A stretch of 64,000 bases of DNA from a bacterium (GTDB taxonomy: Bacteria; Patescibacteriota; Minisyncoccia; UBA6257; WO2-44-18): contig JAUYHP010000031.1 in the NCBI GenBank assembly GCA_030689595.1, positions 22,666-86,665 on the forward strand. The letters run 5' to 3'. The stretch's first letter is position 1. The number at the start of each line of letters is the position of its first letter. Position numbers and translations under genes: made by a program. Positions 28,973-38,845 of the stretch are shown here, piece after piece. The notes under the pieces are model-generated. The model was not told the origin of the DNA, made no database searches, and saw only the letters and a list, made by a program, of their open reading frames with translations.

Positions 28973-31900
28973 ATGCTGCGTGGCCTAAAGCAATTTAATC
29001 TTCCCGACCTAGAGGAGAAAGTCCTCAAATTTTGGCAAGAAAATAATGTTTTTAAAAAATCGATAACTAATCGGGAGAAAAGTGGGGCCAAGCCCTTCCG
29101 TTTTTTTGAAGGCCCACCGACAGCCAACGGCCAACCGGGCATGCACCACGTCCTCGGTCGGGCCTTTAAAGATATCATGCTGCGCTATAAAACAATGCGC
29201 GGCTATTATGTTTGGCGAAGGGCCGGCTGGGACACGCACGGTTTGCCGGTAGAGATACAGGTTGAAAAAGAACTGGGCATAAAAAACAAGTCTGAGATCG
29301 AAAAATTTGGCATAGCAGGGTTTAATACTCGCGCCAAAGCTTCGGTGTGGAAGTATAAAATAGAATGGGAAAAATTAACCAACAGAATTGGTTTTTGGTT
29401 GGATTTTGAGAATCCATACATAACTTACGACAATAATTATATCGAAAGTCTGTGGTGGACTCTAAGCCAAATAAATAAACGCGGTCTACTTAAAAAAATA
29501 TATAAGGTGGTGCCCTGGTGCCCACGCTGCCAAACACCACTATCCAGCCACGAACTGGGTCAACCTGGCGCATATCAGAAAACCAAGGATCCATCGGCTT
29601 ACGTTAAGTTTGCATTGAAACCCCCCTCCGCCAAGACTTCGAAGGACAAACCAGCAAAAACTAAAGAGTTTTTGCTGGTTTGGACTACTACTCCATGGAC
29701 ATTGCCGGCCAATACGGCTATAGCCGTAAACCCGAAATTGACCTATACCAAATACAAAATAGGCAATGAGTATTTGTGGAGCTACAACCCGCCACCAGCG
29801 AACGATAAGACATCGGAAATACAGGTAGTAGAAAAAATATCCGGCAATAAATTAGTCGGGATCGAATATAAACCGTTATATCCAAATACAGGAACCCATA
29901 AAGTTATTGGGGCAGATTTCGTTTCCACCGAAGACGGCACAGGTTTAGTGCATATAGCTCCGGCCTTTGGCGAAGAGGACCTGAAAGCCATGTCAAGAGA
30001 AAATTTTCCGCTAGCAGATATACCAATAACCATTGACGATCTGGGGATCGTGAATAAAGGCTTGCCTGGTGCTGGTAAATTTATTAAAGATGCTGACAAA
30101 GATATATCGGCCGATTTAGCAGAGCGCGGCTTACTGTATCATCAGGATAAAATTGAACATGAATATCCATTTTGTTGGAGATGCTCGGCGCCATTGATAT
30201 ATTTTGCTCGCGATTCGTGGTTTATATCCATGAGCAAATTACGCACTAGCTTATTAGCCGCTAATAAAACAATCAACTGGGTGCCAGCACATATAAAAGA
30301 AGGGCGGTTTGGAGAGTGGCTAAGAGAAGTTAAGGATTGGGCCATATCTCGCAATCGCTACTGGGGAACGCCGCTGCCCATATGGGAATGTAACAATGAC
30401 CACAAGCTAATAATCAGCGATCTTGATGATTTGAATAAACATCGTTATAGCTTAAATAAAATCTTATATGTCAGGCATGGTGAGTCTGACCACAACCTAA
30501 GCAAGATATTGGCTAGTGGGGCTGAGCGTGGCAATAAAAAATCTAAGCTCACTAAACTAGGCACAGAACAAGTAAGTAAGTTGGCTAAAAAACTTAAGAA
30601 GGAAAACATAGATGCCATTTATGCCTCTCCTTATTTCAGGACTCGACAAACAGCAGAAACGATCGGCAAAGAGCTGGGGCTGAAAGTCGTTTATGATGAA
30701 CGCCTGGGGGAAATCCAGTTGGGTGTGTTCAATGGCATGCATGAAAGAGAGTACCGCAACTTCTTTGCCAACCCACTGGAACGATTCATTAAAACACCGC
30801 CGGGTGGAGAAAATCTAGCCGACGTTAGAAAGCGAATGCTATCGGCCGTAGCTGATATACGAGCCAAACATTCTGACAGCAATATCATAATAGTGGGACA
30901 TGGTGATCCATTGTGGCTTATGGCCAGCGGCATAAGGGGTTTGTCGAACGAAGAAACTCTGGAGGCTGATTATCCTAAGGTCGGATCATCTAGTAAATTA
31001 GCATCAAATAATTGGCCAATGGATCAAAACGGCCAACTAGATTTACATAGGCCATATATAGATAGCATATTTTTGAAATGTCCCAACTGCAAAGAGAAAA
31101 TGACCCGGATAAAAGAGGTGGCTGACGTTTGGTTCGATTCGGGTGCCATGCCTTATGCGCAATGGCATTATCCATTTGAAAACAAAGAACTGGTTGATAA
31201 GAAGCTACAATACCCGGCCGATTATATCGTTGAGGGCGTAGACCAAACCCGCGGCTGGTTTTATACCCTCTTGGCAGTCAGTACGTTACTTAAGCGTGGC
31301 GCGCCATATAAAAACGTGGTTTCGCTAGGATTGTTGTTAGATAAAAACGGACAGAAGATGTCTAAATCGAAGGGGAACGTAGTTGACCCATGGGAAATGA
31401 TTCAAAAATATGGAGCTGATACAATACGTTGGTTTTTCTATACCATCAACGCGCCCGGTGAAACTAAAAAATTCGACGAGAATGAATTGTCCAAAGTTTT
31501 GCGCAATTTCTTTTTGATGATTTACAACTCTTACAACTTTTTACAAACTTACGATGCCAGCTCCGTGGGCAAGCCCATCAAAATACTCGACACCTGGATC
31601 TTGGCTAGATTGCATCAGACAACGGCCGATGTCACCTCGAACTTGGAAAAATATGAAATCGGACAAGCAGCTAAGGTCATAGAAAAATTTGTTAATGACC
31701 TGTCACGCTGGTATATCCGACGCTCTAGAAAAAATGTATCGCCTAAAATCCTTAAGCAATCCCTAGAAACTCTAGCCAAATTGATGGCACCATTTTCACC
31801 ATTTTTTGCCGAAACGCTATATCAGGCCCTAAATGATGGAAAACAATTTAAATCTGTCCATTTAGTTGATTGGCCGGAAACTAACAAAAAGGCTCTAGAC

Positions 31901-32404
31901 GAAAATTTGTTGTCAGCTATGGATGAGTTAAGAAAATTAGCAGCCCTAGCCTTAGCGGCCAGAGAGAAAGCCGGCATAAAAGTCAGGCAACCACTTAATG
32001 TTTTAAAAATATATAGCACTAAATCTGAAATTAAAAATTATAAAGAGTTACTAATCATATTGGCCGATGAAATCAATGTTAAAAAAGTCGTTTTCGATGA
32101 AGAAGTAGACGACGTTGAATTGGATATTGAAATAACGCCGGAATTAAAAGCCGAAGGAACGATGCGTGAATTAATGCGATCTGTACAAAAACTGCGACAC
32201 GACGCTAAGTTGCAGCCCAAGGATATGATTAATCTATATATGGAATTACCAGATCAACTGAAGACCGTAGCTACAGCCAATTTGGCCAAACTTAAAAAAG
32301 ATATTAAAGCTAAATCCATAGATTTTAAAAAGGGCAAAATAGATGCCGAAACAAGTACAAAACTAGATAATCAACCCATCTGGGTAGGGCTTAAGAAAAT
32401 ATAG
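28973..32404 (+). CDS. ileS: isoleucyl-tRNA synthetase with an inserted histidine-phosphatase (PGAM/SixA-like) domain (~nt 30430-31030)
   Basis: PPTANGQPGMHHVLGRAF HIGH region, WAISRNRYWGTPLP, KMSKSKGN; internal RHGESDHN ... RTRQTA ... IIIVGHGD block matches the histidine phosphatase superfamily. Confidence 0.9.
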   Translation: MLRGLKQFNLPDLEEKVLKFWQENNVFKKSITNREKSGAKPFRFFEGPPTANGQPGMHHVLGRAFKDIMLRYKTMRGYYVWRRAGWDTHGLPVEIQVEKELGIKNKSEIEKFGIAGFNTRAKASVWKYKIEWEKLTNRIGFWLDFENPYITYDNNYIESLWWTLSQINKRGLLKKIYKVVPWCPRCQTPLSSHELGQPGAYQKTKDPSAYVKFALKPPSAKTSKDKPAKTKEFLLVWTTTPWTLPANTAIAVNPKLTYTKYKIGNEYLWSYNPPPANDKTSEIQVVEKISGNKLVGIEYKPLYPNTGTHKVIGADFVSTEDGTGLVHIAPAFGEEDLKAMSRENFPLADIPITIDDLGIVNKGLPGAGKFIKDADKDISADLAERGLLYHQDKIEHEYPFCWRCSAPLIYFARDSWFISMSKLRTSLLAANKTINWVPAHIKEGRFGEWLREVKDWAISRNRYWGTPLPIWECNNDHKLIISDLDDLNKHRYSLNKILYVRHGESDHNLSKILASGAERGNKKSKLTKLGTEQVSKLAKKLKKENIDAIYASPYFRTRQTAETIGKELGLKVVYDERLGEIQLGVFNGMHEREYRNFFANPLERFIKTPPGGENLADVRKRMLSAVADIRAKHSDSNIIIVGHGDPLWLMASGIRGLSNEETLEADYPKVGSSSKLASNNWPMDQNGQLDLHRPYIDSIFLKCPNCKEKMTRIKEVADVWFDSGAMPYAQWHYPFENKELVDKKLQYPADYIVEGVDQTRGWFYTLLAVSTLLKRGAPYKNVVSLGLLLDKNGQKMSKSKGNVVDPWEMIQKYGADTIRWFFYTINAPGETKKFDENELSKVLRNFFLMIYNSYNFLQTYDASSVGKPIKILDTWILARLHQTTADVTSNLEKYEIGQAAKVIEKFVNDLSRWYIRRSRKNVSPKILKQSLETLAKLMAPFSPFFAETLYQALNDGKQFKSVHLVDWPETNKKALDENLLSAMDELRKLAALALAAREKAGIKVRQPLNVLKIYSTKSEIKNYKELLIILADEINVKKVVFDEEVDDVELDIEITPELKAEGTMRELMRSVQKLRHDAKLQPKDMINLYMELPDQLKTVATANLAKLKKDIKAKSIDFKKGKIDAETSTKLDNQPIWVGLKKI

Positions 32405-32408
32405 ACAA

Positions 32409-32439
32409 ATAAAAAGGCCCCCTGAAATTTCAGGGGGCT
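32409..32439. terminator. hairpin terminator shared by ileS (+) and the minus-strand gene 32447..32887
   Basis: AAAAA-GCCCCCTGAAATTTCAGGGGGC; T-run on the minus strand. Confidence 0.55.
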
Positions 32440-32446
32440 ATATCCA

Positions 32447-32887
32447 TCAGACAATCACCGTAGCGAAGCGGCAGACGGGTGCCCAGTGGAAATTGGCTGC
32501 CATATGCAGCGAAACAATACGATTGTTACCTTCGCCCTGAAGACTGTCAGTCCCCAGATAGGGAGCCAGATAATTCCCAGGAGAATGCTCCAGCTGAGAT
32601 CCCAAGCCGACGATGGGATACTCCTTCTGAAGATAGGGGAATTGCCAACCCAATTCCAGCAACAGACGAAGATTGACTGGAGTAACCGCGTTGGCTTTCA
32701 AGCCACGCAAAACCTCACCTGTCTCAACCTCCGAGTCAAGATGGATTAATGAGATGCGTGCCTCTGTGACGCCAGCCAAGCTATAGCCAGCTGGCACTTC
32801 ATCGATGACCGGACTCACGCTGCTGTAGCCACCCTTCTGCAACAACTCCTCAATGGTAAGTCCAGACAACCTGACACTATATAACAT
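32447..32887 (-). CDS. hypothetical protein (146 aa) encoded in a GC-rich (~56%) islet
   Basis: AAGGAG RBS 8 nt before ATG; protein-like composition; own consensus promoter. Confidence 0.45.
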   Translation of the reverse strand: MLYSVRLSGLTIEELLQKGGYSSVSPVIDEVPAGYSLAGVTEARISLIHLDSEVETGEVLRGLKANAVTPVNLRLLLELGWQFPYLQKEYPIVGLGSQLEHSPGNYLAPYLGTDSLQGEGNNRIVSLHMAANFHWAPVCRFATVIV

Positions 32888-32993
32888 AGGCCACGCTCCT
32901 TACTGCGATTGGGATTGTGCAGCTCACGCCATTCCTCACTCCAAGCGAGAGAGCGCCAGCTACTAATCAAAGAACAAGTTGTCGTGAAAGTAT

Positions 32994-33028
32994 ATAATAA
33001 AACAACGAGTGCGTCAACCATATAGATT
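32994..33028 (-). promoter_or_regulatory. near-consensus sigma70 promoter (TTGACG-17-TATATACT) on minus strand
   Basis: -35 at 33026-33021, extended TA-rich -10 at ~33003-32996. Confidence 0.5.
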
Positions 33029-33075
33029 GCGGAGCAAGCCCACGCGGGTTACAGAATAACCCTACTCTAACCGTA

Positions 33076-34062
33076 CTACTTGCTACTCAATAGTTTAATG
33101 GCGTCTTTAACCCCAGCCATTTTAGCCGATGCCATCTTATAACCCACAGCATTGCCGTCAGCTAGCTGTTTTCTAACTTGAGAAATCTTTTTAGATAACT
33201 GCCGCTTCTTTTTATTGAATGGCTCAAAATAAGAGACAACTAAATCGGCTAAATCGTCCTTAAAATGAGAATATTGTTTGCCGGCAAACTTTTTTTCTAC
33301 TTTAGCGTTAGTTAAACCAGAAAGCTCACCATAGATCAACATTAGGTTGGAAATGGCCGGTTTTTTAGATTCGTCGAATCTGACTTCGCTCCCGGAATCG
33401 GTGACTGCCCTCATCACTTTATTTTTGACGACTTCTGGTGCGTCATCCAAAAACAAACAACCCTGAGGCAATGACTTAGACATTTTCTTAGTTGGATCAT
33501 CCAAGCTCATTAACCTAGGCGTTTTAGACAAAATAGCTTCAGGCTCAATGAATGTTTTGCCAAATTTTTTATTAAACTTGCGAGCTATTTCTCTGGTTAA
33601 TTCTAAATGCTGCAACTGATCTTCGCCCACTGGTACAAACTTAGGATCATAAAGCAATATATCCGCCGCCATTAAAGTTGGATAAGTTAGCAACCCAGCG
33701 TTCTGACTATTTTTTTGTGATGACTTATCTTTAAATTGGGTCATGCGATATAAATCACCAAGCGGGGTTAGCGTATTGAATATCCACGCCAATTCTGTGG
33801 AAAATGGAACGGACGATTGCATAAAAATAGTCGATTTCTTAGCATCTAGGCCGCTAGCTAAATAATCGACTACCAAATTAAGACTATACTGACCGATCTC
33901 GTCGCTATAATTAGTCAAAGAATGATAATCGGCTATAAAAAAGTAGCATTGGTACTTGCCCGAATTTTGAAGTTCGATAAATTGTTTTAAGGCACCCAAG
34001 TAATTACCAATATGTAGCCTGCCCGTTGGTTGAATGCCCGATATAAGAACTGGCTTAGCCAT
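33076..34062 (-). CDS. trpS: tryptophanyl-tRNA synthetase
   Basis: SGIQPTGRLHIGNYLGA (HIGH) and KMSKS motifs. Confidence 0.9.
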   Translation of the reverse strand: MAKPVLISGIQPTGRLHIGNYLGALKQFIELQNSGKYQCYFFIADYHSLTNYSDEIGQYSLNLVVDYLASGLDAKKSTIFMQSSVPFSTELAWIFNTLTPLGDLYRMTQFKDKSSQKNSQNAGLLTYPTLMAADILLYDPKFVPVGEDQLQHLELTREIARKFNKKFGKTFIEPEAILSKTPRLMSLDDPTKKMSKSLPQGCLFLDDAPEVVKNKVMRAVTDSGSEVRFDESKKPAISNLMLIYGELSGLTNAKVEKKFAGKQYSHFKDDLADLVVSYFEPFNKKKRQLSKKISQVRKQLADGNAVGYKMASAKMAGVKDAIKLLSSK

Positions 34063-34064
34063 GA

Positions 34065-35813
34065 TTAAATTTCTATTAGCACCGGCAATATCATAGGTCG
34101 GCGCTTAGTCTTAGTATACAAGAGTTGGCCGATTTGGTCGCGAATCAATGATTTAATATAATCCGGCTCTGGGTGCTGATGTCTAGGAATGCGAACTAAA
34201 AGTGATTTCAATTTACCTCTTATATCATCTAATAATTTTCTGTTCTCTTTCAGATAAATGAAGCCGCGCGATATTATATCTGGAGTCTTTAGTAGGCGCC
34301 CATTTTCACGAGAGATAGTAGCAATAACTACCACCATGCCTTCTTCGGCTAACAACAATCTATCGCGCAACACTACCTCCTCAACGTCACCCACGCCAAG
34401 GCCATCAACCATGACATAATCGGTGGGAACCTTTTCCTTGCTTACCTCAAAACCGTCTTTAGTTAATAGCGCCACTTGGCCATTATCTAATATATTAGTA
34501 TTGCTTTGTGGTATGCCCACCTTATGCGCAATTCTAACGCAAGCTTTCAGCTTAAAGTAATAACCATGTATAGGCACCATAAAACGCGGCTTGACCGCCC
34601 TGAGAACCAATTCGATATCGTCGGCCAATGAATGACCGCTGGAATGAATATCTAGGAACTTAGAATTATAGACCTCCTCAACTTGGCGTGAAATATTGTC
34701 TTGCAACAACTGCACGCTACGCTCATTGCCTGGCACGACCGAAGAAGAAAAAATGACCGTATCGGATTGCTTTAGCTGAACATGACGATGCTCACCGTTA
34801 GCCATGCGAGTCAATCCAGCCTTTGGCTCTCCTTGGCCACCAGTAGAAAGAATTAAGATATCGCTATCTTTGTGTTTATTTATCTCCTCCATTGGAATAA
34901 TGGTGCCCTTTTTAGTTTTAATGAAGCCTAGTTTTTGAGAAATCTCAACGTTGTTTTTCATGCTGCGGCCGTTAAGCGCAATCTTACGATTAAGTTGTTC
35001 AGCAATTTTTATAATCTCTGCTAAACGAGTCAGCAAAGAGGCAAAGGTGGTGATAATTAATCTCCCCTTGGCCTTTTTCATTAATTTATCTAGCTCATTG
35101 CGCACAACATCCTCAGACAAAGAATGGCCCTCAAAATCAGCATTAGTGGAATCAATAAATGCGGTGTGTATGTTCATGTCGCCCAATCTCTCAAAGACAT
35201 CTGTGTGTTGCGGCTTACCATTAATATCGTACCCCACCCTAAAGTCACCAAAATGAACCATCTTGCCCGCGGGGGTGTCTAAAATAAAGCCGAGAGAATC
35301 AGGAATAGTGTGATCGACATAGAAAAATTCGGCGCTAAAATTATCAGAGAGCTTTAATTTATCTCCACCTTTAACGACTTGGAATTTGGGCTTGGGAACA
35401 TTTGGAAATTCAGCGAATCGATTCTCAATCAGAGCTCTAGTAAACTCAACGCAATAAATTATTGGGTTACCTAGTTTTTCAATTACATATGGCAATGCAT
35501 GGATATGGTCATAGTGGCCATGAGTTAGGATAATGCCCCTAATGTCATCCTTCCTGGGAGTTAGATAGGTCATGTTTGGTATTATGTAGTCGATACCAGG
35601 AGTCTCCTCCTCAGGAAATTGTATACCAACATCTACGACTATGATCTCCTTCTTATATTCAAAGAATGCGCAATTGCGACCAATTTCTTCCAGTCCACCC
35701 AACGGCACGAATCTAACTGCGTCTTTTACTTTATGATTAGCAGTCTTTGAGCTCTCATTGTGCACCTTGGTGCTTTTCCGCACTTCTGGCGGAGTTATTC
35801 TTTTGCGTATCAT
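34065..35813 (-). CDS. rnj: ribonuclease J (metallo-beta-lactamase/beta-CASP RNase)
   Basis: ILTHGHYDHIHALP MBL motif, beta-CASP and C-terminal domains. Confidence 0.9.
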   Translation of the reverse strand: MIRKRITPPEVRKSTKVHNESSKTANHKVKDAVRFVPLGGLEEIGRNCAFFEYKKEIIVVDVGIQFPEEETPGIDYIIPNMTYLTPRKDDIRGIILTHGHYDHIHALPYVIEKLGNPIIYCVEFTRALIENRFAEFPNVPKPKFQVVKGGDKLKLSDNFSAEFFYVDHTIPDSLGFILDTPAGKMVHFGDFRVGYDINGKPQHTDVFERLGDMNIHTAFIDSTNADFEGHSLSEDVVRNELDKLMKKAKGRLIITTFASLLTRLAEIIKIAEQLNRKIALNGRSMKNNVEISQKLGFIKTKKGTIIPMEEINKHKDSDILILSTGGQGEPKAGLTRMANGEHRHVQLKQSDTVIFSSSVVPGNERSVQLLQDNISRQVEEVYNSKFLDIHSSGHSLADDIELVLRAVKPRFMVPIHGYYFKLKACVRIAHKVGIPQSNTNILDNGQVALLTKDGFEVSKEKVPTDYVMVDGLGVGDVEEVVLRDRLLLAEEGMVVVIATISRENGRLLKTPDIISRGFIYLKENRKLLDDIRGKLKSLLVRIPRHQHPEPDYIKSLIRDQIGQLLYTKTKRRPMILPVLIEI

Positions 35814-35844
35814 GTTTTTTATTAATTAATAATTATAGTAATTG

Positions 35845-35927
35845 TGAGCGAGAGAGGAGTCGAACCTCCACGGGATTGCTCCCACTGACTCCTGAAGCCA
35901 GCGCGTCTGCCATTCCGCCACTCGCCC
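35845..35927 (-). tRNA. tRNA-Leu (anticodon CAG), type II long variable arm, CCA not encoded
   Basis: reverse complement folds: acceptor GGGCGAG/CTCGCTC, anticodon loop TTCAGGA, variable arm TGGGAGCAATCCCGT, T-arm GGAGGTTCGACTCCTC. Confidence 0.8.
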
Positions 35928-36138
35928 TAATTTTTAGTCTGCCTACCACGCGGCTAGCTCTGTTTTATATAGTAAGTCCACTACTATTGGCCAAAGTGGT
36001 TCCTATATAAAACAAAAGGTGGCAGCCAGGTCGACTGTTGCTAATTGCAGATTGGGCTTTCTGATCACTGTTGATGCCAGCATTTATAAGAGGTTTAATG
36101 TTGCTTCCAGTATAGCATTGTCCAGCAATAAATGCAAG

Positions 36139-37791
36139 CTAGCGAAGCACCCTATTAGTCTTGAGAAACCAGCCTTCGACGTTTTTAAATCTATCAGAAG
36201 CCAAAACTAACACATTGTTTTCCAACCCGCCTAAGTTTTTAACTGCGACATACAAATAGTTGGGTGACAGCAAGAAAACAGCCGGTTGGTCGCCTCTTAT
36301 TATGTTTTGCAATCTTGTTAATTTTTCTTTTCTGATTTCGTCGTCAAAATCTTGACGGATGTTTTCTAGCAAACTGTCAACAGTTTTATCATTATAAATA
36401 GCTAGATTCAATCCTGGATAAAATCTCTCTGAAGAATGCCAAAATGAAAATGCATCCGGATTGCCACGGAGAGTATTGCCAAAAATTATCAACGAATAAT
36501 TGCGATTGCGAATAACCTCATTGGCCTCTACAGCCGACAACACAACTATTTTGATATGTACGCCGATACTAGATAGCTGATCACTGATCATGTCGGCAGT
36601 CTTGATGAGAAAATCTACTTGCGGCACCTGAAGAGTGAAATCCAATTTGACCTTACGTTTATCAATCGTCTTTTCGCGAACCCCATCGGCATTCAATTCC
36701 CAGCCAGATTTTTCCAATGACGCCACCACGTCGCTTAAGTCAGTTGCGCCTCCTCCCGACTTTGGACTGTAGCCGTCAATGATAGATGGCAATGGGCCAT
36801 CAACCACAACGGCCTGATTATCAAAAACAGTCTTAATTATAGCCGACCGGTCAATAGCCGTAGCCATGGCATCTCTAACAGTTTTTTCTTTCAAGGCAGG
36901 ATGAGTGCTTTGATTAATAAAAATTGCGTAGTATCGCGGCATGTTGATGCTGAGAACCTTGTGCCCAATTCTTAGATTCTCCAAGCCCTGCGGGGATAAC
37001 CCGCCCAAACCATCGATCTCTCTGCGATTAAAACTCTTGACCGCATCGACTTCATTAATAAAAAACGTCATGCCAAAATCTTCAATGAATGGCTCCTGGC
37101 CAGCGTAATATTCATTAGTCCCTAAAGTGTATCGGCTGATAAAACCATTCCGCTCCTTATCGTAACTAACAAACTTATAGGGGCCGCTACCGATCGGTTC
37201 TAGGTTGTAATTGGACAGCCTCAAATTGGATGGTGGTATGTTGCCAAATATATGTCTAGGTACGATCTTCAATGTCTTTAAATTATCGGCAAAAAATACA
37301 TAAGGATTTTTTAACGCGAAATGTATTTCTTGATCGCTGATCCTCTGGCCGACCACGCCCTGCCAGGTGCTAAAAGTTGGTGATTGTGTATCTGGATTCT
37401 GGATGGTCTCCAGTGTAAACAAGACATCAGCAGTAGTCAGCGGCTCGCCATCAGACCACTTCAACTTTGGCTTTAAAGTAACGATCCAAGTTTTGTTGTC
37501 GTCGCTGACTTTAATATTTTCAGCTAGCTCATCTAGATCAGCGAATAGTAATTCCACCAAATCCCTATCAGCTCCACCCACGCCAGATATTAATGGGTTT
37601 AAGGAAACTGGCTGGCCAACCACGCCCTCGGTATAATGCCCACCACGCGCTGGCGCCACAACTGTCAAATTGTCATAAATGTGAAGTAACCAAAAACCAC
37701 CAGCTACCAATAGGATAATCAGCGTACCTATGAAAACATAGCGCTCTAATTTAGAAAAGCTAGTAGCTATTTTAACTAGTTCTTTAAACAC
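36139..37791 (-). CDS. ABC transporter substrate-binding protein (family 5, peptide/nickel type), membrane-anchored
   Basis: N-terminal TM anchor then an SBP_bac_5-like fold. Confidence 0.6.
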   Translation of the reverse strand: MFKELVKIATSFSKLERYVFIGTLIILLVAGGFWLLHIYDNLTVVAPARGGHYTEGVVGQPVSLNPLISGVGGADRDLVELLFADLDELAENIKVSDDNKTWIVTLKPKLKWSDGEPLTTADVLFTLETIQNPDTQSPTFSTWQGVVGQRISDQEIHFALKNPYVFFADNLKTLKIVPRHIFGNIPPSNLRLSNYNLEPIGSGPYKFVSYDKERNGFISRYTLGTNEYYAGQEPFIEDFGMTFFINEVDAVKSFNRREIDGLGGLSPQGLENLRIGHKVLSINMPRYYAIFINQSTHPALKEKTVRDAMATAIDRSAIIKTVFDNQAVVVDGPLPSIIDGYSPKSGGGATDLSDVVASLEKSGWELNADGVREKTIDKRKVKLDFTLQVPQVDFLIKTADMISDQLSSIGVHIKIVVLSAVEANEVIRNRNYSLIIFGNTLRGNPDAFSFWHSSERFYPGLNLAIYNDKTVDSLLENIRQDFDDEIRKEKLTRLQNIIRGDQPAVFLLSPNYLYVAVKNLGGLENNVLVLASDRFKNVEGWFLKTNRVLR

Positions 37792-37810
37792 TCAGATTAT
37801 ACTATTAAAT

Positions 37811-38038
37811 TTATAGCAGGAGATTCAACAGGGCCAAAACACCGAAAAGGATAGTCAAAACTACCGTGGCTCCGAAGATCAATTTTTCCATACCGCGCCG
37901 CGCCTGATAGAATCCGCCGCCGCCGTCACCACCGCCACCGCCAAGAACGCCGGACAAACCCGAAGACCGCTCCTGTAATAGGATTAATACAATGATTACT
38001 ATAGCGACTACAATTTGAATTATGGTAAGCCAGTTCAT
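37811..38038 (-). CDS. secG: preprotein translocase subunit SecG
   Basis: two TM helices separated by a Gly-rich loop (LLQERSSGLSGVLGGGGG). Confidence 0.6.
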   Translation of the reverse strand: MNWLTIIQIVVAIVIIVLILLQERSSGLSGVLGGGGGDGGGGFYQARRGMEKLIFGATVVLTILFGVLALLNLLL

Positions 38039-38391
38039 GATTTTTTAAATGCTTGAGCTCCTAAGGCAAAAAGCGCATTAATAACGCCGAATAGAATGGT
38101 AGCATAGAGGAGCGGCAATAATCCATTTATTGTAATGCTATCTGAGAAAAAGTCAACCAAATAAATCATGGCACCATTTAATACCACGGCTAACAAACCG
38201 GCTGTTAGCCAGATAAAGGGCTTGAACATAAAGCGCAACATCGGCAAGAAAAATGAATTGGCTATAGCCAATAGAATTACCACTATGACAAACGGCGTAG
38301 TTTCATTAACAACATCAAAATTAACGATATACTTATCGCTAAGCCATAGTGCCAGCCAGTTAGATAATAGAGCCATAATTATTCTAGCCAT
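38035..38391 (-). CDS. small 4-TM membrane protein (DUF360/holin-family-like, tentative)
   Basis: 4 TM helices; 4-nt overlap with secG. Confidence 0.35.
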   Translation of the reverse strand: MARIIMALLSNWLALWLSDKYIVNFDVVNETTPFVIVVILLAIANSFFLPMLRFMFKPFIWLTAGLLAVVLNGAMIYLVDFFSDSITINGLLPLLYATILFGVINALFALGAQAFKKS

Positions 38392-38490
38392 ATTTTAATT
38401 GTACAGTCTGTAAGATAACTTGGAAAGTCGTAATAATTATTAAGCTAAAATATGATATAATAGGAAATATTAGAATCATTATCCACGAAC

Positions 38491-38820
38491 ATGGGATTAC
38501 ATTCGCTATCATTATATGTAGTTGCCGCCGCCATAGCCAGCATATTTCTGATGGCTTGGGTGGTCGTTTTGTCGTTGAGCGCCCCCAAGAAAACAACGCC
38601 CAACTCGACCATCGCAATCGCTTTCGTAGTAGGTGTCGCCTCGGCTTTTTTGGCAATAATAGTAGAGCAGGCAGCCTACCTTTCCAATATAGGGCTAGAG
38701 CTTTTTAGCCCAGATTTTTCGGCTACTACGCTTCATGATTTGATTAATGCAGCAATTTTTGCCTTTGCCTTCGTGGCCGTCGTTGAAGAGGGTATAAAGT
38801 TCCTGATATTAAAACACTAA
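38491..38820 (+). CDS. small membrane protein, hypothetical
   Basis: three hydrophobic helices. Confidence 0.35.
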   Translation: MGLHSLSLYVVAAAIASIFLMAWVVVLSLSAPKKTTPNSTIAIAFVVGVASAFLAIIVEQAAYLSNIGLELFSPDFSATTLHDLINAAIFAFAFVAVVEEGIKFLILKH

Positions 38821-38845
38821 AAAAGACACTAATAGAAGAGGCAAT

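Noticed and set aside
38475-38483. DnaA-box-like TTATCCACG
   Set aside because: It is a single isolated 8/9 match inside a coding-gene upstream region, with no cluster and no AT-rich unwinding element.
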